From contig JAVYYS010000001.1 in the NCBI GenBank assembly GCA_038876335.1, positions 1-32,949 of the forward strand: a stretch of 32,949 bases of DNA. The letters are read 5' to 3'. Source of the DNA: Candidatus Micrarchaeaceae archaeon. Its GTDB lineage: Archaea; Micrarchaeota; Micrarchaeia; Micrarchaeales; Micrarchaeaceae. Of this stretch, positions 26,396-32,949 are shown piece after piece. Positions within the stretch are counted from its first letter, which is position 1. Each line of letters starts with the position of its first letter. The notes under the pieces were generated by a model. It saw only the letters and a list, made by a program, of their open reading frames with translations, was not told where the DNA came from and searched no databases. The translations under genes were made by a program, and so were the position numbers.

Positions 26396-26448
26396 TTTTT
26401 GTTGCATATGCATATACATTCCTTTTTCTGGGCTACATTTTTATTTTT
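26396..26448 (+). terminator. Cluster of T runs after sufU (TTTTT, TTTTT, TTTTTATTTTT)
   Basis: Three oligo-T tracts lie within 90 nt of the sufU stop, in the convergent spacer with alaX. Confidence 0.4.
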
Positions 26449-26621
26449 AGAGTAACCACTTGAAGTCTCTGATAAAACCTGCCCTTAAAGATTTTATGAG
26501 TGGGGGTTTGAACCCCAGCTTGCGAATCAAGGATCCTAATATAGCGGCACGAAATCACTCGATAATCGATGCGCAATAGCTAATTTATGTTCTGCTTTGG
26601 TTATCGAAAACGCGTAAGCTA

Positions 26622-27371
26622 TTACCCCTGTGGGGCTGCCTGTTTATAGGTAGCTTCACCAAGCTTTATCTCGATTCTTTTGTTGTGCGAACCCTTGTTC
26701 TCGTATTTTGCCAGCTCTAGCCTTCCAATCTCTTTTGTATTTGAGACGTGCGTGCCGCCATCCATCTGCATGTCAAACCCTTCTATCACTATAACCCTAA
26801 CCTCTTTTAGGCTCTCCATAAGTTTTCTTCCGGGTTCTGTTCTGGACAAGTTTTCTACTCCGATTGCATCCTCTTTGCTTAGCAGTTTCGGATAAACTTT
26901 TTTGCCTTCGTCTATAACTTTTTGCGCCTCTTCAAGCACCGCATTCGCCTTCTCCCTATCCATTTCCGGCATGTCGAAATCGACCCTTGCTCTGTCATCG
27001 TATATCTGGCCCCCTGTGATTGCGCCGGATTTTCTTTTCTCCATTACGGCGTCGATCACATGTATCGCCGTGTGCAGCCTCATGTGCATGTACCTTCTTT
27101 CCCAGTCTATCACTCCATGAACAGCCTCCCCAACTGCGCCATCGAACGGCCTTTCCAATATATGCAAAACAGTTTCACCATCCTTTTTTGTCTCTATAAC
27201 TTTGAAAATAGAGTTTCCGCGCATTATAGCGCCTGTGTCATACGGCTGTCCTCCGCCAGTAGGATAGAAGGCGGTGCGGTCGAGAACTATCGTGTTACCA
27301 TTTATTTCTCTGACTTTTGCGTCAAATTCCTTGACATATGCATCGTTCAGATAAATTTTCTCCGTTTCCAT
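26622..27371 (-). CDS. alaX: Alanyl-tRNA editing protein AlaX (AlaX-M type)
   Basis: N-terminal ...LDRTAFYPTGGGQPYDTG, HxxxH motif MRLHTAIHV, and a second motif DGGTHV where CGGTHV is expected. 249 aa. Confidence 0.85.
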   Translation of the reverse strand: METEKIYLNDAYVKEFDAKVREINGNTIVLDRTAFYPTGGGQPYDTGAIMRGNSIFKVIETKKDGETVLHILERPFDGAVGEAVHGVIDWERRYMHMRLHTAIHVIDAVMEKRKSGAITGGQIYDDRARVDFDMPEMDREKANAVLEEAQKVIDEGKKVYPKLLSKEDAIGVENLSRTEPGRKLMESLKEVRVIVIEGFDMQMDGGTHVSNTKEIGRLELAKYENKGSHNKRIEIKLGEATYKQAAPQG

Positions 27372-27383
27372 ACAATCATATTT

Positions 27384-28253
27384 TTAGAATGCAATAAGGG
27401 TATATGCCGCAATTATTATCACTGCTGCCAAGAGTAATTTAAGCTTTAGGTTTTGCTCTTTGAACATGAGACCGCCTATTACTACAGTTATCATCACGTT
27501 CACGCTGTTGCGTAACGGAGATGTGAGGCTTACCTCAGCAGAATAAATGGCTAGGTAATTTGTAATTCTATACAGTATCGTAAGTACAGCTATCGTTATG
27601 ATTGGTACTTTATAATTTTTTATACTATCTGCAATTTCCCTAAAGCCTCCGTATCTGAGCGTCATAAACAAAAATAGGTTGAACGCCATAAAGTATTCGC
27701 CTATGATTAAATACGCAAATGCATTCACCTGTAGAATGAACAGATATTTCAGTAGTATAGTACCAACCGCCATAAGTATCGTGTCCAGAAGCAGCGTCGT
27801 GGCGTATTTGCCAATTCCATACCCACCCTGTGTGTTTTTGCCTGTATCAAAAATCATGAAGTAAGACACTACTATCAAAACCGCTATGCTTAAGTATTGC
27901 GGCAGTAGAAGATGCTCTCCCAAAAATAGGTAAGCAAACGCTATAGTGAAAAGAACCGGGAGCGAGCTGAAAAGCGGTGACGCGATAGAGATGTTGCCGT
28001 GCCTGAATACCCTCGCGGTAAGCACATATGTGACTGTAGAGATTACGCTTATTATGTAAATCATTAGGAGTTCGAACAGGTTGATGTTGAATTTGGCAAA
28101 GGGTAGAAAGAGCAACGACAGCGGCAACAAAATTACGGTGAAAGCGGCGCTATAAGCAGCGGCGTGCGCCTTTTTTAGCGTCATTTTTTCAAGTATTGTG
28201 GATATCCCCATAAGTACTGAGGAGATGAGCACGAGGTAATACCATGCTATCAT
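27384..28253 (-). CDS. EamA/DMT-superfamily transporter (about 10 TM)
   Basis: 289 aa and strongly hydrophobic, with two similar halves of about 5 TM each. It has EamA-like features. A 12-nt spacer separates it from alaX. Confidence 0.65.
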   Translation of the reverse strand: MIAWYYLVLISSVLMGISTILEKMTLKKAHAAAYSAAFTVILLPLSLLFLPFAKFNINLFELLMIYIISVISTVTYVLTARVFRHGNISIASPLFSSLPVLFTIAFAYLFLGEHLLLPQYLSIAVLIVVSYFMIFDTGKNTQGGYGIGKYATTLLLDTILMAVGTILLKYLFILQVNAFAYLIIGEYFMAFNLFLFMTLRYGGFREIADSIKNYKVPIITIAVLTILYRITNYLAIYSAEVSLTSPLRNSVNVMITVVIGGLMFKEQNLKLKLLLAAVIIIAAYTLIAF

Positions 28254-28341
28254 AGCTATAACCTAAGCGCTTAAAATTGCAAAAGCAAACGCTTTTATTA
28301 GTTAAGAGTTTAGACGAAATAGAAATAAAAGGTGTGGTTGC

Positions 28342-28908
28342 ATGGTGTATGTAGATCCTCTAACCGTGATGTTGCTCAGCCTAGGACTGAGCTCTCTTTT
28401 CTTAGCCCTGTATCTCCTTGGGAAGGGGATGAGCAAGAAATGGATAAACAGCCTCGTTGCACCAATTTTCACCCTCGGGTTCTTCAATTTTGTAAGCGGC
28501 TTCCTGATGTCATTTCTCTGGCCATTGCCTGGTGCATACAATATGCTGTTCGGCGATCCGCTCCTGTTCCTCGGCCTGATAATGATGGTCGGGACATATA
28601 TGCACAGCAAGAATATAAGCATAAACAGCTTATCCATCATTGGATTTTTCTTAGGCATATATCTTGCCGTAGAAGCCGCCGGAATGTCCACGTTCAATCT
28701 AGAGTCGGGAGTGCACTTCTTGCCGGCATTCGGCCTGTACGTCTTTGCTGCGCTTGCCGGAATATTCTCCCCATTAGTATATGCTAATCCAAAGGGTAGT
28801 GGAAGGTACGGCTATTACTTCCTGTTTGCTTTGCTGATAATAACCGCGTTCCTCGCATTCCTGATAGGATATACCGGCATATACGCGCATCTGGGCTCAC
28901 CGCCTTAA
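28342..28908 (+). CDS. Integral membrane protein (188 aa, about 6 TM), possibly DUF981-like
   Basis: ATG preceded by GGTG 7 nt upstream, hydrophobic throughout, followed by an oligo-T tract. The family assignment is from memory only. Confidence 0.5.
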   Translation: MVYVDPLTVMLLSLGLSSLFLALYLLGKGMSKKWINSLVAPIFTLGFFNFVSGFLMSFLWPLPGAYNMLFGDPLLFLGLIMMVGTYMHSKNISINSLSIIGFFLGIYLAVEAAGMSTFNLESGVHFLPAFGLYVFAALAGIFSPLVYANPKGSGRYGYYFLFALLIITAFLAFLIGYTGIYAHLGSPP

Positions 28909-28912
28909 CCGC

Positions 28913-28938
28913 TTTTTATTTTTTCTTCCTTTTTTTAT
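28913..28938 (+). terminator. Oligo-T tract (TTTTTATTTTTTCTTCCTTTTTTTAT) after the membrane-protein gene
   Basis: T runs start 5 nt after the stop codon. Confidence 0.45.
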
Positions 28939-29065
28939 CTGGGCGGGACTCACGCCATTTAGGCGAGGCGCCTGTATTTATGATTCCGAAATATTGCAAT
29001 TTATGTAGTTTCCTAACCGCTCAAAATTGCAAAGTCTTACAATGTTTCGATCTGCTAAGTTAATC

Positions 29066-29791
29066 ATGTCTATCGACAAAGCACTCGAAGCGCTTAGGAA
29101 CGGCAGACCTATATTTGTTTTCGATTCTGAGAGTCGTGAAGGGGAGACCGACATGGTGTTCGCATCCCAGTTCATCACTCCCGAGGCGGTAAAACTTATG
29201 AGAAAAGGCGGGGGTGGACTGATCTGCATAACCATGCCACATGAAGCGGCTTCTGTGCTGGGTCTCGACTACCTGCTCAACATCTACATGCGTAGCCGCA
29301 TGGGATTCATAAAATATCTCTATCCAAGCGACATACCTTATGGGGAGAAGTCTGCTTTCTCAATAACAATAAATCACCGCAAGACCTTTACTGGAATAAC
29401 TGACAACGACCGCGCGCTTACGATATCAGAGTTCGCTTTAGTAGTTAAGCATGCCCTCGCCGCTAAAACACAGCAGTCTCGCGCCAAAGTCCTAGCAGAA
29501 TTCGGTAAAAAATTCCGCTCGCCGGGGCATGTTTTTACACTCGTAGCAGCGAAAGGCCTTTTTAGCATGAGGAAAGGGCATACAGAGCTCACTACATACC
29601 TGGTATCCCGTGCCGGGCTTATTCCATCTGCCGCGATAGTAGAAATGCTTGCAGATAATGGCCTCTCTCTTGATAAGAAAAGTGCGAAAGAGTATGCTCG
29701 CGCTCATGGTTATGTGTTCCTTGAAGGAAGAGAAATAATCGAAGCGGCAATGCACGACTCTGCCATAAGGCAGCCAACGCCTTCTTGCTAA
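29066..29791 (+). CDS. ribB: 3,4-dihydroxy-2-butanone 4-phosphate synthase (archaeal type)
   Basis: MSIDKALEALRNGRPIFVFDSESREGETDMVFASQFITPEAVKLMRKGGGGLICITM closely parallels archaeal RibB N-termini. The track ORF starts at an upstream TTG (29027). Confidence 0.85.
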   Translation: MSIDKALEALRNGRPIFVFDSESREGETDMVFASQFITPEAVKLMRKGGGGLICITMPHEAASVLGLDYLLNIYMRSRMGFIKYLYPSDIPYGEKSAFSITINHRKTFTGITDNDRALTISEFALVVKHALAAKTQQSRAKVLAEFGKKFRSPGHVFTLVAAKGLFSMRKGHTELTTYLVSRAGLIPSAAIVEMLADNGLSLDKKSAKEYARAHGYVFLEGREIIEAAMHDSAIRQPTPSC

Positions 29792-29848
29792 CAAATATAA
29801 ATCATCGCATATAATAGATTTTCAATAATTTTGATTTTTTGTGATTGA

Positions 29849-30511
29849 GTGACCAGTTCTGAAGTATTGAAAGATGCAGGGAGCTTTAGCTATGAAAGCA
29901 GCGCAAAAACCACAGGTATAGTGGAGCGCGCTCTGAGGGATGTGGCAGAGGACAACTGGAAAACAAAGATCTCAGATCCAAAAATTATAGAAGAGCTCGC
30001 AAGACACATGTCAAGCATGGAAAAAATAATTCCGGGATTTAGATACGAATACATCTACTCAGACAGGCTTATTTCAAGCATCAAACATATGGAGGCAAGC
30101 AGCACGATCAAATTTGTGAGGAACCTTGAGTCCATAGCCTATTTCTATTCCAAATTTTTTGAAGTAGAAACTGCTTCACTTGTGGTGCTTGGTCTGCTAT
30201 CTAAAACGCATGGATATTCAAGCGCAGAGCAGCACCGCCGCATAATATTAAGGAAACTTTCTGCTAAAGCAGAGCTGTACAAAAAAAGAATCTCCTATTA
30301 TGAAAGCAGATTCGATTCTATGTACGCCGAACTCAGAAAAACACAATCTGGCATATTCCGCTTCCTAAAACGCAGTCGGGCAACCAGAGTTTCTGCAGAG
30401 ATAAAAGCGATAAGTCCACGTTATAAGGCCGCCGAAGCAGGATTCAGACGCATCTCTAAAATGATTGAGAAGATGGGTGGCGGAAAAAGCACCCTAGATG
30501 CGCCTGTTTAG
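29849..30511 (+). CDS. Hypothetical protein (220 aa), predicted all-helical with a basic C-terminal half
   Basis: A GTG-initiated ORF about 25-40 nt downstream of an AT-rich TATA-like stretch. No family recognised. The start codon is uncertain. Confidence 0.4.
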   Translation: MTSSEVLKDAGSFSYESSAKTTGIVERALRDVAEDNWKTKISDPKIIEELARHMSSMEKIIPGFRYEYIYSDRLISSIKHMEASSTIKFVRNLESIAYFYSKFFEVETASLVVLGLLSKTHGYSSAEQHRRIILRKLSAKAELYKKRISYYESRFDSMYAELRKTQSGIFRFLKRSRATRVSAEIKAISPRYKAAEAGFRRISKMIEKMGGGKSTLDAPV

Positions 30512-31765
30512 TCACTTTAACTCTATTTCCTCGCCGATTTTAGGCGCATAAGCATCGAATCCTTCCCCCCTAAGATTCTCGGCCAGCATTTGCACACTTT
30601 CCTCGCTTCCGTGCATGCATATTACTGTGTTGGGTGCGCTTTCCCTCACATACCTGTAAAGGTCGCTCATTCCTGCGTGCGCGGAAAAATCGTAAAGAGA
30701 AACAGGGTTGCTTATCCTCCTTCTCTTGCCATCTAGTGTTATGGTTCCGTTTTTGAGCAGGCTGCTGCCATTTGTTCCTTCTATCTGATAGCCTGTCAGC
30801 AACACTGCAGAATTTGCGTTTAGCTTTGTTATGTAATCAAGTACGGGGCCTCCGTTGAGCATGCCAGCGGTGGTAAGTATTATCGAGGGCTCTGAAAGTG
30901 CGATGGCCCTGTCAGAGCGGTCCTCTATAACTGTTGCCCTTTCAATAGCTTTTTTCAGAAGATGTGCATTATCTATAAAGTTTGAATGCGACAGGACGAT
31001 TTTTGTGGCTTCTCTTACCATTCCATCCACGTGTGTTAAATCTGCAAGACCATTTTCATAAAGTATAGTAAGTATTTCCTGCCCCCTGCCTACAGCGAAG
31101 ACGGGCAGAAGAACATTGCCGCCTCTCTCCAGCACCTCCTTAACTTTATTTATAAACTCCCTTGTTAGCGCCTTCCTATCTGGATGGTCTTTGTATGCAT
31201 ATGTGGACTCTATGGCAAGCACATCACTTTTCACAATTTTGGCGCCCCTGTGCAAGGTTTGTGGCTGAAGTTTGAAGTCGCCTGTGTAAAGTATCCTTTT
31301 GTTCTCTTTTGCGTTAAGCCTCTCCAGCAAAATGGTTGCACTGCCGGCTATGTGCCCAGCGTCGTTGAACTCTATGGAGAAATTCCCATATTCCAGTGCA
31401 GCTCCATATTCCACTCTGGTGTAATGCTTTGCAAAGTTATTAACTTGCTTCCTGTGGAACTTTCCTTGCTTATGTTCGCGGAGTGCTATCTTCATAGAGT
31501 CTTCAAGCAGAAGCTCCGAAAGTTCCAGCGTGGGGGGCGTTCCAAAAGCATCCGGAAGCATTGTATTGTAAAGCGCAGGAGACATGCCGCTGTGGTCAAG
31601 GTGCGCGTGGCTGAGAAGTAATGCGTCTATGCGGCCAGGCTGAAGCGGGTATTCTGTCTTATGGTCAAGTTTTATACCGTAATCGAACAAAAAACTCTTT
31701 GAATCTTTTACGAGTAGGCCTGATCTTCCAACTTCTTGGGCTCCCCCCAATAGCTTCAACATCAT
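30512..31765 (-). CDS. Metallo-beta-lactamase/beta-CASP family ribonuclease (aCPSF2-like, no KH domains)
   Basis: HAHLDHSG motif, downstream DAGH and ES/D motifs, and a C-terminal ...SAHAG...MHGSE beta-CASP/motif C pattern. 417 aa. Confidence 0.8.
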   Translation of the reverse strand: MMLKLLGGAQEVGRSGLLVKDSKSFLFDYGIKLDHKTEYPLQPGRIDALLLSHAHLDHSGMSPALYNTMLPDAFGTPPTLELSELLLEDSMKIALREHKQGKFHRKQVNNFAKHYTRVEYGAALEYGNFSIEFNDAGHIAGSATILLERLNAKENKRILYTGDFKLQPQTLHRGAKIVKSDVLAIESTYAYKDHPDRKALTREFINKVKEVLERGGNVLLPVFAVGRGQEILTILYENGLADLTHVDGMVREATKIVLSHSNFIDNAHLLKKAIERATVIEDRSDRAIALSEPSIILTTAGMLNGGPVLDYITKLNANSAVLLTGYQIEGTNGSSLLKNGTITLDGKRRRISNPVSLYDFSAHAGMSDLYRYVRESAPNTVICMHGSEESVQMLAENLRGEGFDAYAPKIGEEIELK

Positions 31766-31877
31766 CTGAACGATCTGACAAATCGGCAGTGCTGATTAGA
31801 GAACAATCGCCAACAATTGCCTCTTTAAAAATGAGTTTAAAGTATATAAATGTTGCTGTCTTATAGGTAGTGATGCT

Positions 31878-32624
31878 ATGTCTGATGAAATAAATTTTGT
31901 AGACATCATGGCGCTTTCTAAAATAGGCCCCGACAGCGTAGTTGAGAAATTTGGGGGCCTGATAAACTCCTCGTTTTTCGACGCTTCAAACATACTCGGT
32001 ACCCTAAAGGTAAAAGGCCTTATCAACTTTACCACTGCATTTCCAGGTCAGAGCGCGATTACGGTGACAGAGTCGGGCAAGCAGCTTATGAATGAGGCTG
32101 AAAGCAAAGCAAATGAGCCTTTCGACCTTCTTGACTTCACGCTTCTTACCCAGCTCTCAGGCGGAAAGAAGACACTGGCTGATTTGAGCGGAGCGGTAAA
32201 CCTGCGCCCACGCGATATCGCTCTCCATTTGTATAAGCTAATGCGGACCGAGTATATAACTTCAAATTTTAGGAACGGCCTGCTTGACATTGCGCTTACT
32301 GAGAAAGGGTTCCTGAAGGTAAAAGCGGGCATGACCCAAGCTCCAGGCGCAGCAGCAAAAAATAACCAAGCAGATACCGGCGCAGCACCGCAACCTTTAA
32401 TTCAGCAGGGCGGCTCTGCGTCATTCCAAGGCGCAGCGGCGGTTTCAGAATCCCAACTTCAACAGCCGCAACCTAACCAGGCGGCACCACAGCCTGAGAG
32501 CGAGGTGGAGCGCCTGATAAAGGAGGCAAGAAAAAAGAAAGCCCGCCGTAATTTAATACTGTTCATAATAGTGGTGTTGGTTCTAATAGCGCTAATAGTT
32601 ATGGCAAAGATGCGGTTGATATGA
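31878..32624 (+). CDS. Tail-anchored protein with two tandem winged-helix-like domains, a Q/P/A-rich linker and a C-terminal TM helix
   Basis: Two similar modules of about 70 aa (residues ~5-75 and ~80-150), low complexity at ~150-210, then KEARKKKARRN followed by LILFIIVVLVLIALIVMA and a 5-aa tail. Confidence 0.5.
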   Translation: MSDEINFVDIMALSKIGPDSVVEKFGGLINSSFFDASNILGTLKVKGLINFTTAFPGQSAITVTESGKQLMNEAESKANEPFDLLDFTLLTQLSGGKKTLADLSGAVNLRPRDIALHLYKLMRTEYITSNFRNGLLDIALTEKGFLKVKAGMTQAPGAAAKNNQADTGAAPQPLIQQGGSASFQGAAAVSESQLQQPQPNQAAPQPESEVERLIKEARKKKARRNLILFIIVVLVLIALIVMAKMRLI

Positions 32625-32691
32625 TTCGGGACAGTCTAGATGTATGGGCTGCTGCATGCATGGGCGGCCGGTAAGAGGTGGCTGGTAATAT

Positions 32692-32949
32692 ATGGGCGAT
32701 GGTAAAGTACTCAGATTGCTTGATTATCTGGAGGCTCAGAAACTGCTAGAAAAGTACGGGATAGAGACAGTGCGCAGCGCTTATGTGAGTGATGCAGAGG
32801 ACGCTGTGTTGTTTTCGAGGGGGAAGCCTATAGTGCTGAAAGTGATATCGCAGCAGGCTCTGCATAAGTCGAAGAGCGGGCTAGTAAAACTCGGTCTCTC
32901 CAAACCAGAAGAGATACGCTCCGCATTTTCCTACCTTGCAAAGCAGGCG
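32692..32949 (+). CDS. ATP-grasp domain protein, N-terminal fragment (ADP-forming acetyl/acyl-CoA synthetase beta-like); continues past the window
   Basis: Manual translation gives MGDGKVLRLLDYLEAQKLLEKYGIETVRSAYVSDAEDAVLFSRGKPIVLKVISQQALHKSKSGLVKLGL... This matches the start of the ATP-grasp domain of ACD/succinyl-CoA-synthetase-beta-like proteins. It is not in the ORF track because the frame is open-ended. Confidence 0.6.
   Translation, partial: MGDGKVLRLLDYLEAQKLLEKYGIETVRSAYVSDAEDAVLFSRGKPIVLKVISQQALHKSKSGLVKLGLSKPEEIRSAFSYLAKQA

Noticed and set aside
26371-26463. 30-aa hydrophobic mini-ORF (MQAVQTVPIFVAYAYTFLFLGYIFIFRVTT) downstream of sufU
   Set aside because: Its hydrophobicity is explained by the T-rich terminator tracts it overlaps. 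It has no SD or promoter, and it cannot be distinguished from chance without conservation or expression data.
28302-28787. Alternative ORFs (131 aa on minus, 151 aa on plus) overlapping the 188-aa membrane-protein gene
   Set aside because: The 28342-28908 frame gives a coherent multi-TM protein with an SD-like GGTG and a downstream terminator. The alternatives are Arg/Pro-rich with no structure-like pattern.
1-32949. Search for CRISPR repeats, IS or transposase and integrase genes, and toxin-antitoxin or defence-island content
   Set aside because: No regularly spaced direct repeats, no terminal inverted repeats flanking ORFs, and no recombinase, nuclease or defence-type motifs were seen. Every large ORF is accounted for by housekeeping functions or the unknowns listed.

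Overview
The window looks like a gene-dense (about 90% coding) stretch of archaeal core chromosome. Archaea-specific markers are L7Ae, S28e, L24e, L30e, aEF-2, RpoK, deoxyhypusine synthase, a Sec11-type signal peptidase, and a tRNA-Gln with an A1-U72 pair. I cannot assign a lineage from sequence alone. Tiny spacers and divergent ribosomal proteins would fit a small-genome, fast-evolving archaeon.

Gene content, left to right:
- ProRS 3' end, a small Cys-rich ORF, tRNA-Gln(UUG), deoxyhypusine synthase and FtsZ.
- An 11-gene minus-strand array: M50/CBS site-2 protease, SMC, signal peptidase I, an 84-aa ORF, L30e, S12, S7, EF-2, L7Ae, S28e and L24e. L24e is absent from the ORF track.
- A metallophosphoesterase, RpoK, a geranylgeranyl-reductase-like flavoprotein, an intron-containing tRNA-Leu(UAA) and a PAC2/Pba-type proteasome chaperone.
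- A small tandem-repeat basic protein, DUF192 and a P5C-dehydrogenase-type ALDH.
- A complete sufB-sufD-sufC-sufS-sufU operon.
- AlaX, an EamA transporter, a membrane protein, RibB, a 220-aa unknown and a beta-CASP RNase.
- A tail-anchored tandem winged-helix protein and the 5' end of an ATP-grasp (ADP-forming acyl-CoA synthetase-like) gene.

I saw no CRISPR array, transposase, integrase or recognisable defence or toxin-antitoxin module.

Most second-look-worthy items:
- Charged low-complexity tails on four neighbouring ribosomal proteins, plus decoding-loop substitutions in uS12.
- A signal peptidase with a large sequon-rich insert.
- A roughly 20-nt non-canonical (D-arm) intron in tRNA-Leu.
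- A bacterial-style SufS/SufU pair behind a repeat/palindrome operator.
- A tail-anchored double winged-helix protein.
- Two unexplained non-coding segments, one of them tRNA-like.

All functional calls rest on motif recognition by eye. No database search was run.
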